From: a virus | Reading direction: 5' to 3' (one strand) | DNA length: 64,000 bases | Virus record (IMG/VR): IMGVR_UViG_3300045988_137040 | Shown: positions 24,587 to 35,037 of the stretch, one piece after another | Position numbering within the stretch: position 1 is the stretch's first letter | How the letters are laid out: the number at the start of each line of letters is the position of its first letter | The notes under the pieces: generated by a model | What the model was told of the DNA's origin: nothing | Seen by the model: the letters and a program-made list of their open reading frames with translations, nothing else | The model's database searches: none | Made by a program: the position numbers and the translations under genes

Positions 24587-25504
24587 CTATGTTCCCATGC
24601 ACACCGTGCGTTTTGCGGTTGTGCGACCGCATAGCTTTGCGGTTATCGTCTCACGCACGAGTTTAGCGCGTGATTCCCAATCCGCGATATTCTCGTTGTC
24701 ATTGAGACAGACGACGCCAGCCATCGGGTCGTTGATGAGCGCAGGGAGGTCGGCGGTGGGCGTGTCCTCGTCGGCGTACTGCATACGCGGGGAATGGTCG
24801 ATGTCAAGACCCGCGAAGTGCTGATAGAGCAAGTAGATGTACTGGTTGAACGAATGCTCGGTGCGAACGAGAGGACTCATCCACCGCTCTATCTCCTCGC
24901 CATGCCGTTGCCAAACCGCCTCGCAAGCAGAGCGGAGGATGGGCGCATAGGAATGGCCCGTCGTCAGCCAGGTGCGCACATAGTGTCTACCAAAAGGTCT
25001 GCCAATCATGTTCTGCTGATTCAGACATTTTCGATGAAAGATATTCGGCACATCGGGAAAGAGTTTTTCTTTGAAGTGGACACACGGACGACCGTCAAGA
25101 AAGAAGTCGGACGGCTGTAAAGGTGAGAGCGGGAACATATCGTCGTTGGCATAGACAAACCTTTCCGACAGCCCCGGTATGCGGCCTAAGAACATCTCAA
25201 TGCAGGGCGAGGAAAAGCAAGGAAGATACTTCTCCGGAATGAAGTCACGATGAAAGACGATATGCACCTTATCGTAGCGTGACATCCACGGCTGCACCTG
25301 ACTCTCACGGGCGAGAAGGATATGGATGGTACGGAGCCATGGCATATACTTCATGCAACAACGAACCAACAACTCTTCCGTCCCCCATGAACGGAAGCGG
25401 ACGTTGGCACAAGCGTCATCGCCGTGGTAACGGCGATAATCGCTGAGCCAGTCCGCATCCTGGGGAAACACCATCGGAACTACTAAATCAATATTTTTCT
25501 CCAT
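24587..25504 (-). CDS. Stealth-family protein (putative sugar-1-phosphate transferase, capsule-modification type)
   Basis: IDLVVPMVFPQDADW (CR1-like). RFRSWGTEELLVRCCMKYMPWLRTIHIL and FIPEKYLPCFSSPCIEMFLGRIPGLSERFVYANDDMF match my recollection of Stealth CR2/CR3 (RF.d..ELrYSlRS....PW.r.i.iv ... lP.FnS.aIE..l..IpgLsE.F.Y.NDD.f). Confidence 0.55.
   Translation of the reverse strand: MEKNIDLVVPMVFPQDADWLSDYRRYHGDDACANVRFRSWGTEELLVRCCMKYMPWLRTIHILLARESQVQPWMSRYDKVHIVFHRDFIPEKYLPCFSSPCIEMFLGRIPGLSERFVYANDDMFPLSPLQPSDFFLDGRPCVHFKEKLFPDVPNIFHRKCLNQQNMIGRPFGRHYVRTWLTTGHSYAPILRSACEAVWQRHGEEIERWMSPLVRTEHSFNQYIYLLYQHFAGLDIDHSPRMQYADEDTPTADLPALINDPMAGVVCLNDNENIADWESRAKLVRETITAKLCGRTTAKRTVCMGT
24605..24647. 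repeat. 8-bp-register array O7, at the 3' end of the Stealth gene
   Basis: cgttttg cggttgtg cgaccgca tagctttg cggttatc. Confidence 0.75.
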
Positions 25505-28500
25505 ATCTTCCTACATTTTTCTTGCCCGTGTCATAACTATCTATTATTCCACCTTTGCCATAGACATTAAAGACACCCTTGATACCATTGCTGACAGCTT
25601 TCTCCATAACCTCGCTGTTACGGTCAAGACTTGCTTGAATGGCCGCAAGCATATCGGTGAATGCAGGTTGTGCTGAGCCAGCAGAGCCTTGTGCGCTCGC
25701 GCCATCGGCAAATTCATCGAGGTTACCGTCGGCAAAGTTGCTCATGCCACCGCCACGCTGACGGGTAGCACGCACACGGCCTCCATTGTAAAGCGTTTGG
25801 ATTGCCTGCCAAATGCCCGTATCGTTCATCTGCAACTTGCGGGTGGTATTGGCGTCGATAATCGCCTCACGGCCACGCTCACCGACAAGGTGGAACTCTG
25901 GGCCGTTGGTGAGGTGAGTAGTTGGGTTCGCACCCATATATCGCGCGCGATACGTTTTACCATCAGCGGCATCCACGTTGTATCGCTGCCCAGGGGTAAG
26001 CGACGACGGGTTCGTGAACTCATTGACGTTACCCTCGGCATAGGTCAGCATACCCGTGGAGAGACGACCGGCGGAAACGTTAGCACCAGTTGCTTGAGCG
26101 ATTTGCGATTTACTCTTTGACGCTTGACTTACGGCCAAGGCCATCAAACCGCCCATTAGAGCAGTCACGGCGGCATAAGTTGCTATTGCAGCCGGATATG
26201 GCATCTCACCCAACAACTTGCCGAGGATTCCAGGCATCTGCACCGTTTGCTTAGCTTGTTGCTGGAACAAGTCGGTTGTCAGCATTGTTATGGCTGCTTG
26301 GCCAGCGGCTTGCACAGCGAACATCTGAAATTTCTGCGAGGTGCTCAAGTTGTTATTACTCATTGCTTGGTAGGCGGTGCCGTAAAGATTGGCGGCTTGT
26401 GTCATCTTGGCGAAAGCACTGCGGGTGCCTTCTTCGTTTGCCTTGTTAACGCTTTTAGTGGAAGCAATGATTTTATTGTTATTGGCGATTTGTACCTTGG
26501 CAGACCCGTTGGAAGCGGCTATCTGCGCGTCGGCAATTTGTTGGCTCTGTTCGGTGATGTTCTGCACTTGCTCATCTGAGGTGCCCGTCGACCACGACTT
26601 GCCGTTCCAGCCATCTTGCGTTTCGTCAGGCCATGGAGACTGCCACTGGTCGGCCGGCTCTTTTGCGCTGTTTGCTTGTGTGTTGTCAAAAGGATTCTCA
26701 TTCACCGGTAACCCCGCACGTTTACGACGGGCGCGTAGCCATGTGGATGGATTATTCTCATCTTGATAAGGGGTTTCCACGTCGTCAGGAGAAACAGGGT
26801 TGATAGGGTAGACTATGTTACCCAACGCGTCCACAGCCATGCCCTCAAGATTTCGTTCAAGGTTCGTGAAATCGTTACTCTCCACGGGGCGCGTAGCATA
26901 CAGGGCTTCGGTGTTGGCAATCAACGCCGAGGTGTTGTTGTCCACGGCTTGGTTTTGCATGGCCGCGTTCATCCAGTCGGTGATTTGTTCGTTTATCTTA
27001 CTGTTGACGTCGTCCATCACCTTCTTCCACGCGTCAGCCGTGGCGTTCTTCTGTTCAATCTCAAGCTGTCGCTTTAAGGCGTCCTCGCCATCGAGACTCT
27101 CATAATGAGACACGGCTTCTTTCGTGCCCGCATGCTCGGTTATTATATAAGTGCCCCCGGCACTGCCCTCACCCGTTAGGCGCATCTTGGCGAGGCTGTT
27201 GTAATAGTCGGCCTCGCCCGTCACACTCGCTTCAAACACACTCTTAGCGGAACTGGACAGCAGCGAGCCCCATTCCCTCAAAGACGTATAAAGGCGGTTC
27301 TCGCTTTCCTCCGCCTTTGCAGCGAGGTCGGCGCGCTGCTTGGCGAGGTCGGCTTCCTCTTCAGAGAGAGTGAGGTTCAGGCTCATCTTGGCGTGCTTGG
27401 CATCAAGACGGAGCTGTTCGGCTTTATCCATTTCACCCTGTTCCTCTTTCAGTTTAGCTTGCCTTTCAAGGTCGTCTATGCGCTGTTGTCCTGTCTTACG
27501 CACGAGGGCGTAATAATGATCTTGCATATTCAGCTGAATCTGCATCTGCTTGATGGCGAGACGGTCAGCGACTCGCCCGGAGGCTGGCCCTGCATTGATA
27601 AGCGAGTTGGCACGCGAGACGCTGCTTTGCTCCATGCCCAACGCCGAGGACGCTTTCTCATACAGTTGCTTCATGCTTATGTCACCGACGACAGTAGTGT
27701 CGTTCCAAGTAATCTCCACCTGTTTTTTTACCTCCGACGCCTCTCTCTTGATAGCGTCTTGAACAGTATCATAAACCGTGCGAAGCTGGGCGAGCAACGC
27801 CTCCTTCATGTCCTCGGCATGTTCGTTGTTAAGGATGGCGTCGGCCCAATCGCCAAAGCCACTCACCCGCATGTTGTTGACAAGCCGCTCCCATGTCATG
27901 TTGTAAGCATCCTCACTCTGTTGGAGGAGGAACGTGAGTCGAGGGTTGCGCTGTGTGCCATATTCGGCATTAAGGTTCTGCATCTCGTCACTGCCATAAC
28001 CCTTGCCGGAGAGCAGAATCTTTTCCTTGCGCTTGTCAAGGTCGGTATAGAGCAATCCCATCTTTTCCACGTTTTGACGCAGATTCTTGACAATGCCGTC
28101 AAAAGGCCGTTCCTTGCTGACGATTTCCTCAATGGCGTCGAGCTGCTTTTTCACGGCGGCACGCATCTTCAAGAAATCCTGTTCAACACCCTTGTCGAGG
28201 TCGCCATAAATCTTGCGCATAGCAGGAGCACTCTTGTCGCCTACCTGCTTAATCAAGTTCACCGTGGTACCGATATTCGACTTGATGAACGCCACGCTGT
28301 CACCTGTGCGGTCGGCAAGAATCTCATAGATGGTGTCGGCTTCCTGCTGCGTCACCTCCTTGCTGTTCTTAGAGTAGAGCTGTTGCAGTTCAGCGCGCTT
28401 CTGACGATACACCTGTTCGTTCTGCAACATCCGCCGCCAACCCTCTTCCTCGGTAATCTCGCCACTGTTCTGCGCATCCTCAATCTGCGACTTCTGTTCG

Positions 28501-31500
28501 GTGTAGTAGGCATCGAGCTCGTCCATATAGTAAGCCATGTCGTCCTTGACGAGCTTACTGATGGACTTCGCCCGCTTGTGTGCCTGCTTCGGGTCCTGCC
28601 AGTTGCCAGTGTTGGACAGCGCACGGGAGTGGAGCACCTGCTGGATAGCCAACCGCTGCTTGTCATACCATGCCATCACGCTGTCAGCATCTTTCTTCAC
28701 TGCTCCTTTCTTGATAGCTGCCATCAATGCCGGATCCTCACTCAGCACGCTCTCCACATCGGTGTCACCCTGGAGAGCCAGCACGAACTCGTTCATCTGC
28801 TTGCGACGGGCAACGAGATCCTTGCCGTTCATCTTCGACCAGTTGGTGGATGCGGCATCGGGGTTAGCACCCCATGGGTTATTCTTGTCGGTGCCGCCAC
28901 CACCACCGCCGCTGATACCACCTCCGCCGCCAGTACCACTGTCGTTGCCATTCCCGTTTCCTTTTTTACCAAGAGAGTTCGCAAGGTCGCTTTCGGCAAT
29001 TTGGTTTCCGAAGCTGTCTTGCAATGCCTGTAATGCGTCGTTGGCCTCACGGTTTTTGTTTTGCAGACTTCTCAACTTTGATTTCATTCCCAAAATTTCC
29101 ATCGACGCAGCAGCCCGTGCTTGTACGCTTACGGGGGCAGCGGTTCCTTGCGAAGTTTGTGGTCTCGCTTGCATAGCACCAGCTGCTTCCTTACTCCGGT
29201 CTTTAATGGCTTTCTCTTGCTTGGTAATTTCTACCGTTGTATGAGCTACCTCTTTACCCAAAGACTGCATTTCTTCTTTAGCTCCCTCAACAAGAGCCTT
29301 TTCCTTGAGTTTATTAATATAGGCTGTTAATAACGCCGTATTTCGCTTATAGGCTTTCCCCTCTCCATTCACGGTAGCAATATAGTTAGGTACGGCTTTC
29401 TGTATCTCAAGGATAGCCGCCTTCCTTTCTTTCACCGACCTTGTGTTGTCATTAACGATTTTTCTCAGATTCTCCAATCGGCCACTTTCTTCCGCCGCTT
29501 TTACTTCTGCTTGGTCTTGGACTTTATTTAGCTCTTTCTGAGCTCTTGTCATCGAAGTAAGTTGCCTAACATACTTTATCGCAGTCATCGTCAGGAATAC
29601 GACAGCCATTGCTACAGCTGCGATTACATTCGCCTTTTGCGCTGCGTTCAGCCTACGCCATGCAGTTGTAAATAGATTCGTCTTAGCTGCCGCGGTAGCA
29701 TTAGCATTTCCGAGCGCAACGGTTGAAGTAGTCTCGAAGGCTTTAGCTGTGGCATCAGCGGTTGACGCAACAGTAGAGGCTTTCGTAGTAAAGATGAGTT
29801 TACCCAAATACATGATACCAGAGCCGATAGCTTCAGTCCACTTCGCTTTCAGCATCGCGAGGTAAACAACCGTATATCGTAAGGCTCTGCCAATAGGCCC
29901 ATCATCGGTAATGAAATTGACCAATACACGTAAAGCGCTGATGATACCGCCAAAGAACCGCTGAGAGGAATCATTAACGAAAAACTCTTGAAGCTGATTC
30001 TTTAAACGCTCCCATCTGGCAGCAGTTGTATCGTTCATCTTGTCATACTCCTGCTGAATGGCAATATTATCGGCATAGGCTTCTTTAGCCGTACCGAGGT
30101 TTTTACGCAATTCGCCAACATTCTGGGAAAGACCGGCGAATACAATACCTGCACGAGCACCCTGCTGATCGAGTTCCTTCATAATCTCGCCCATGCCGCC
30201 CGTACCTAATAGTTTTTCGATACCGTCTGGATTCAAATTCTGGTCGTGGATATGTTGCAGAATCATCAGAATGACATCCATAGCCTTACCACTATCATAT
30301 AAATCACGGATGGTCTTTGGCGTAACACCAATAGCCCGCGCAATATCAAACGCATGGTTCTTGATAGCCGGTATCATTCTGGAGATTGCCGTGGCCGCCA
30401 TTTCGGTACCCATACCGAGCTCGTCCACGGTGGCACCGAGGGCGGCTACTTGGTCCACGGTGATGCCACTCTGCGCACCCACGGCACCGACACGTTTCAC
30501 AAAGTCGGCAACAGGCTGGGCGGCGGCAGCAGTGGTGGCACGCAGACGGTCGATGGTAGACGCGATCTTCTCCATGGCCACGGCGGTAGCCGACGAACCC
30601 TCTACGGTACCGTCCTCCATCTGCTTGCGAATCTTATTTACTTCTCCCGTTGCCAAAGCCACTTTCATCATTTCCGTAGCACCTTCCTCACCCAACTCGG
30701 GCAGAGCAACGTGCAACATATTGGCAGCCTCGGTGAAGCCACGCACGTCCTCCTCGGTATGCAAACCGAGCTGACCGGCGGCGGCGGCCATATCCATAAG
30801 GTCTTGAATAGGGGTACGTGTATCGAGTTTGGCAAGATTATCAGACAACCGTCCTACCTGGTCCGCCGTGAATCCTGTTGTCTTTCGCACCTCACCCATC
30901 TTGTCGGAGAGGGTCATCATGTCGCCCATGGCACCACTAATCTTCTGGATGGCCACGGCGGTACCCATATACAGCGTGATATAGGTCTTCAGTCGTGACA
31001 CAGCCTTCTCAAACGCACTCGTGGTACCCTTGGATTCATTGCCGAGATTCTTCATCTCCAAATCGGCATTGCGCACCTTCTCGGCCAGCTCGTCATACGC
31101 CTTCTGACCCTCCTTGGTGGTACGGCTCATGTCGTTCAACGCCTTGCGCCCCTGCTCCACGGCCATCTTCAGCTCGTTGAAGGAACGACCCTTGGGAGCG
31201 TCGAGAACAGCCTGCATCTCCTTGGTGACACCTCCAACACGTTTTTCTTCGAGGGCGACACCGTCGAGGGCGCGACGGAGTTGCTCGTATCTATGCGAGC
31301 CTTTTTCAGTAGTCGCCAATGTTTCTTCCAGTACCTGCTTGGCTTGTTTGAGTTGTTCGGGTGTACCCTTAAATATGTTGGCAGCACCCTGCAATCCCAT
31401 ACGGAAAGCGTCACGCAACGACATTATCGGCCCAGCCGCACCTTGTGCAGCCTGTCCCGTTTGTGCCAAATACCCATTGATTTCGCGGATGACATCTGCG

Positions 31501-34439
31501 TTGGTCTGTTGCGGCAGCGAGTCGCGGTATTTCTTCAATGCCTCGGCTTGCGTGCGTATCTCTTCGGCGGACGCATCGCCCGTACCATTACGGAAGAAGC
31601 TAAGCGCCTTACCACCGGCATCCTCCATCATCAGTTTTTGTGCGAGATGTACTTTGTCGAGGTTGGCTTTATATTGTGACAGACTTGACGCTGCTGTCTT
31701 AGGATCATCAATCAGTCGCTTCCAATAGCTCTCCTGCGCCTTCAACGCCGATGCCGTGAGACTGCTGCTGTTTTGCAGTTGCGACTCCATAAGTTGATTA
31801 GCTTTGGCACGCTCGTCAGCCGCTTTCTTCACAGCTTCACGCTCTCTCACGGCTGACCGCTCAGCTTCGAGGCCATACTGCTTCAAGTGCTGCTCGGCAT
31901 TGACAATCTGCTGAGCCAATTTCTTTGCAGCAGGGTCTGCGGTGTTATAGGTCTGAATGAGTTGTTTGCCGGCTTCGATGGCCTGGCGTATCTCGCTCTC
32001 GCTCAACTGGCCGAGGTTGCCACCGAGTTTCTGCACCGCCATCTCATTGGAGAGTTGGCGGCGCTCGGCTTCCTCCTGCTTAACCTTATCGAGGTTGACT
32101 TGGTACTGTTTCAGTTCGTTGCTACCCTTGGCGGCACTGTCCACTTGCCCCTGCCAAAACTTCTTCGTCTCGGCCAAAGCAGAATCGGAGAGGGTCGTCA
32201 GCTTCTGCATCTGACCCTCAAACTTGACAACGCTGTCCACCTGCGCCCACTCTTGCAGATACTTCTTACCCTGTTCTACAAGACTGTTGTAGTGGTTCCA
32301 CTCCTTAGAGCCGTGGGCTTGCGCGTCACGCAGTTCCTCCATCGCTTTCACAGCCTGGCGGATTTCAGCGTCACCATAGTTTTCGGGCTTTGCCATCACG
32401 CGCATACCCCATGATGCCTTGTGGGTCTGCTCTACCTGCGCAATCTTTTCAAGGTTGGCAGCAGCTTGCTTGTATTCATCCGATGTGCGCTCAGCACTCT
32501 CCATCTGCGATTGCCAAAACTTCTTGGTCTCGGCAAGGGTGGAATCTGAGAGAGTCATCAGAGTGGTCATGCGGGAGGTCATCGTAGCCTTCAGCTGTTC
32601 CTCTTTCAGTTTGGCTTTGTCGGCCTCGATGCCATATTGCTTCAGATATTCCTCGGCAGTGAAGATGGCTTTCGATAAACTGGTATAAGCATCGCTGTCA
32701 GCCTGTAAGGTCTTTTGATATTCACGGGCAGCGTCGATGGCCTTGCGTATCTCGCCCTCGCCCATACCTTTCAGTGCGGACGTACCACCCATGAGTTTGT
32801 TGGCCGAGGCGAGATTCTGCGCCTGCACCAACTTACGCTGACGCTCTACGATGGCATCGAGGTTGGTCTTGTAAGTGTTGTAAGCCTTACTGCCACGCTC
32901 AGCACCATCCATCTGTGCCTGCCAGAACTTACGGGTTTCCTCCAACGCACCGTCGGACAATTTGGAGAGATGGCTCATGCGGTCGTTCATAGCCTGCATC
33001 TGTTCGACAGCCATACGGGAACTGCGCTGACCCTCCAGTCCGAACTCCTTGACGTACTTCTCGGCACGCATGATATTATTCACAAGGTCCTTGTAGGCTT
33101 GATCGCCCGGCTTCATAGACTGAGCAAGCTGCTTGGCGGCAGCGATGGAGGCTTGCAGCTCTTTCTCCGACAATAGTCCGAGATTTTTCCGTTCCAACTG
33201 CTTGGCGCTCTTTTGCAACTGGAGTGTGTTGAGACGCTGCTGTTCATTGGCAAGTGCTTTCAGATTGCGCTCCGCCTCCTTATAGGCCGTACTGCCACGC
33301 TTCGAGCCATCGAGCTGCTCCTGCCAAAAGCGTTGTGTCTCGGTGAACGCTCCACGTGAGAGTTTGGTGATATTGCTCATGCGGTCCTGCATGAGTTTAT
33401 ACTTATCGGCAGCCTGTAGTGCGGCATCGGCTTGCTGACGGGCAGCACGGGCACCCTCCACGCCGACGGTCTTTAGATACGACTCGGCATTGACAATCTG
33501 CGCGGCCAACGTCTGCGCCTGCTTGCTCGACGTGCCATAGACTTGTATCAGTTCCTTGGCGCTGGCAATGGCCTGGCGGATGTCGCCCTCGCTCTGACGA
33601 CCGAGGTTGCCACCGAGTACTTTTTGTACACGACGCTCCTGCTCAGCACGAATCTCTTTCATGGCTTGCTTGTTCTCACGCATGATGCTCGTGCTGACCT
33701 TTCCCGCGCGGTTGGTCTGCTCCAACTCCGTGTACATCGTGCGCAACGTTTCGCTCGACACGCGCTTGGTGTCGGTGATATGCTTACGCACAAACTCATA
33801 GCTGCCACCCATCTTCTTCAGCTCATACTCAAGAGTGGCCACCTGCTCAACCGTACGCTTATAACCTCTGTCCTTTTCAGACAGGACATTGAGAAGTTCC
33901 TTCTGCTGCTGTAACTCCTCGGTAAGTGCCTGGCGAGATACCTTTCCACCCTTGCTGATTGTGTCAAGCACTTTCTGCGTGTCAGTTTGTATGGACGCAT
34001 AATATTGCTGGGTAGCGTCCATAAGGGCTGTCATTTCCTCTCTGTCTTTCTTGTAACTCGCTGAAGTACGGTCAAGTCTCGATCTCGTCAGTTTGGCAGC
34101 ATTATAAACTGCCTTCTGAAAAGCTGCGTTCATCGTAGCCAACGAACCATCGTTGAACGCCTTGATGCCTTGATCGAGAACGCGCATACCCTTAGCGAGC
34201 TCACCGTAAGCCTTGTTGAACTGACGGGCTTGTTTGGTTGCCGCATCCAAATTATCTCGCAGTTTTTGGATTTGACTCGACGGAAGATTGGCTTCTATTC
34301 CATCCTTCAACTTTTTTTGGAGATCCTTGACCTGCTTGTTGCATCTTTCACTCTCTTGACGCATAGACTCTATGGCGGCATTGGCATTTCGCGCGTTTGC
34401 CTGAAAGTCAATATGGATAATATCGTATCTCTGTGCCAT
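25488..34439 (-). CDS. tail tape measure protein (2983 aa)
   Basis: Very long coiled-coil-rich ORF. TMP core-like segment TGFTADQVGRLSDNLAKLDTRTPIQDLMDMAAAAGQLGLHTEEDVRGFTEAANML. Hydrophobic segments and a glycine tract (GNGNGNDSGTGGGGGISGGGGGG). Confidence 0.75.
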   Translation of the reverse strand: MAQRYDIIHIDFQANARNANAAIESMRQESERCNKQVKDLQKKLKDGIEANLPSSQIQKLRDNLDAATKQARQFNKAYGELAKGMRVLDQGIKAFNDGSLATMNAAFQKAVYNAAKLTRSRLDRTSASYKKDREEMTALMDATQQYYASIQTDTQKVLDTISKGGKVSRQALTEELQQQKELLNVLSEKDRGYKRTVEQVATLEYELKKMGGSYEFVRKHITDTKRVSSETLRTMYTELEQTNRAGKVSTSIMRENKQAMKEIRAEQERRVQKVLGGNLGRQSEGDIRQAIASAKELIQVYGTSSKQAQTLAAQIVNAESYLKTVGVEGARAARQQADAALQAADKYKLMQDRMSNITKLSRGAFTETQRFWQEQLDGSKRGSTAYKEAERNLKALANEQQRLNTLQLQKSAKQLERKNLGLLSEKELQASIAAAKQLAQSMKPGDQAYKDLVNNIMRAEKYVKEFGLEGQRSSRMAVEQMQAMNDRMSHLSKLSDGALEETRKFWQAQMDGAERGSKAYNTYKTNLDAIVERQRKLVQAQNLASANKLMGGTSALKGMGEGEIRKAIDAAREYQKTLQADSDAYTSLSKAIFTAEEYLKQYGIEADKAKLKEEQLKATMTSRMTTLMTLSDSTLAETKKFWQSQMESAERTSDEYKQAAANLEKIAQVEQTHKASWGMRVMAKPENYGDAEIRQAVKAMEELRDAQAHGSKEWNHYNSLVEQGKKYLQEWAQVDSVVKFEGQMQKLTTLSDSALAETKKFWQGQVDSAAKGSNELKQYQVNLDKVKQEEAERRQLSNEMAVQKLGGNLGQLSESEIRQAIEAGKQLIQTYNTADPAAKKLAQQIVNAEQHLKQYGLEAERSAVREREAVKKAADERAKANQLMESQLQNSSSLTASALKAQESYWKRLIDDPKTAASSLSQYKANLDKVHLAQKLMMEDAGGKALSFFRNGTGDASAEEIRTQAEALKKYRDSLPQQTNADVIREINGYLAQTGQAAQGAAGPIMSLRDAFRMGLQGAANIFKGTPEQLKQAKQVLEETLATTEKGSHRYEQLRRALDGVALEEKRVGGVTKEMQAVLDAPKGRSFNELKMAVEQGRKALNDMSRTTKEGQKAYDELAEKVRNADLEMKNLGNESKGTTSAFEKAVSRLKTYITLYMGTAVAIQKISGAMGDMMTLSDKMGEVRKTTGFTADQVGRLSDNLAKLDTRTPIQDLMDMAAAAGQLGLHTEEDVRGFTEAANMLHVALPELGEEGATEMMKVALATGEVNKIRKQMEDGTVEGSSATAVAMEKIASTIDRLRATTAAAAQPVADFVKRVGAVGAQSGITVDQVAALGATVDELGMGTEMAATAISRMIPAIKNHAFDIARAIGVTPKTIRDLYDSGKAMDVILMILQHIHDQNLNPDGIEKLLGTGGMGEIMKELDQQGARAGIVFAGLSQNVGELRKNLGTAKEAYADNIAIQQEYDKMNDTTAARWERLKNQLQEFFVNDSSQRFFGGIISALRVLVNFITDDGPIGRALRYTVVYLAMLKAKWTEAIGSGIMYLGKLIFTTKASTVASTADATAKAFETTSTVALGNANATAAAKTNLFTTAWRRLNAAQKANVIAAVAMAVVFLTMTAIKYVRQLTSMTRAQKELNKVQDQAEVKAAEESGRLENLRKIVNDNTRSVKERKAAILEIQKAVPNYIATVNGEGKAYKRNTALLTAYINKLKEKALVEGAKEEMQSLGKEVAHTTVEITKQEKAIKDRSKEAAGAMQARPQTSQGTAAPVSVQARAAASMEILGMKSKLRSLQNKNREANDALQALQDSFGNQIAESDLANSLGKKGNGNGNDSGTGGGGGISGGGGGGTDKNNPWGANPDAASTNWSKMNGKDLVARRKQMNEFVLALQGDTDVESVLSEDPALMAAIKKGAVKKDADSVMAWYDKQRLAIQQVLHSRALSNTGNWQDPKQAHKRAKSISKLVKDDMAYYMDELDAYYTEQKSQIEDAQNSGEITEEEGWRRMLQNEQVYRQKRAELQQLYSKNSKEVTQQEADTIYEILADRTGDSVAFIKSNIGTTVNLIKQVGDKSAPAMRKIYGDLDKGVEQDFLKMRAAVKKQLDAIEEIVSKERPFDGIVKNLRQNVEKMGLLYTDLDKRKEKILLSGKGYGSDEMQNLNAEYGTQRNPRLTFLLQQSEDAYNMTWERLVNNMRVSGFGDWADAILNNEHAEDMKEALLAQLRTVYDTVQDAIKREASEVKKQVEITWNDTTVVGDISMKQLYEKASSALGMEQSSVSRANSLINAGPASGRVADRLAIKQMQIQLNMQDHYYALVRKTGQQRIDDLERQAKLKEEQGEMDKAEQLRLDAKHAKMSLNLTLSEEEADLAKQRADLAAKAEESENRLYTSLREWGSLLSSSAKSVFEASVTGEADYYNSLAKMRLTGEGSAGGTYIITEHAGTKEAVSHYESLDGEDALKRQLEIEQKNATADAWKKVMDDVNSKINEQITDWMNAAMQNQAVDNNTSALIANTEALYATRPVESNDFTNLERNLEGMAVDALGNIVYPINPVSPDDVETPYQDENNPSTWLRARRKRAGLPVNENPFDNTQANSAKEPADQWQSPWPDETQDGWNGKSWSTGTSDEQVQNITEQSQQIADAQIAASNGSAKVQIANNNKIIASTKSVNKANEEGTRSAFAKMTQAANLYGTAYQAMSNNNLSTSQKFQMFAVQAAGQAAITMLTTDLFQQQAKQTVQMPGILGKLLGEMPYPAAIATYAAVTALMGGLMALAVSQASKSKSQIAQATGANVSAGRLSTGMLTYAEGNVNEFTNPSSLTPGQRYNVDAADGKTYRARYMGANPTTHLTNGPEFHLVGERGREAIIDANTTRKLQMNDTGIWQAIQTLYNGGRVRATRQRGGGMSNFADGNLDEFADGASAQGSAGSAQPAFTDMLAAIQASLDRNSEVMEKAVSNGIKGVFNVYGKGGIIDSYDTGKKNVGRYGEKY
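31650..33632 (-). repeat. five tandem repeats of about 120-136 aa inside the tape measure protein
   Basis: Recurrent pattern GNLG..SE.EIRQAI.A.K.L......AE.YLK.YG.E......LS..AL.ET.KFWQ.Q.D.A.RGS..Y...NL, with the FWQ/YWK motif at aa 371, 505, 641, 761 and 905. Confidence 0.75.
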
Positions 34440-34461
34440 GATTCGGTGTTTTTATTGTGTT

Positions 34462-35025
34462 TTATCTATTTGTCTTGCCTTGCTCCAATGCCCATTCAAC
34501 AGCCTGGTTGTAAGCGGCGGAAGCCGACTTATTGCTTCCCATGGCGTAGAGCATGTAGATAGTTCCTGTAAAGGAGAGCCGTCCGCGGACAAAGGCGGTA
34601 AATTTACTTGCCTGACTGCGCATCTCGGTGACAACATGCGGACGGCCTTTGCGAGACCTTGAAGGAACCGGTATAGGTCCCCATTTGGGATGGGGAATAT
34701 CAGGTACAGGGCCATTGTATTTCTCCTTGCCACCGACAGCGAGCTCCAGGAACTTGGCATAGTAAATATAACGTGCCTCGAAAACCTGCGAGTCGCCATT
34801 GCTGGCAGCCCATGTCTTCCATGCAAGAGTCCGACGGAGTCTGCCTGTGCGATTTTTAATCTGACGATCTACGTTGGCTAAGGTGTTAGAACCTGTGATT
34901 TCGTCGAAATGGTTGATCCAGTCTACGATGTGTTGGTCACGCCAATCGAACTTCCACGACAATACCTTCTCCCCATATTTGTCGGTAGCCCAAGAGCGTT
35001 CCGTTTGTTCGGATAACAAAGGCAT
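34462..35025 (-). CDS. hypothetical protein (187 aa)
   Basis: ORF immediately upstream of the tape measure gene. A tail-assembly-chaperone role is possible by position only. Confidence 0.45.
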   Translation of the reverse strand: MPLLSEQTERSWATDKYGEKVLSWKFDWRDQHIVDWINHFDEITGSNTLANVDRQIKNRTGRLRRTLAWKTWAASNGDSQVFEARYIYYAKFLELAVGGKEKYNGPVPDIPHPKWGPIPVPSRSRKGRPHVVTEMRSQASKFTAFVRGRLSFTGTIYMLYAMGSNKSASAAYNQAVEWALEQGKTNR

Positions 35026-35037
35026 AGCTTGATGTTT

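Noticed and set aside
27393-29033. 546-aa plus-strand ORF. Similar long plus-strand ORFs at 46484..47887, 41381..42472, 30354..30998 and 31114..31728.
   Set aside because: All are antisense shadows of the tape measure, fiber or LRR genes. They have biased, repetitive composition and no motifs, while the minus-strand frames carry recognisable domains.
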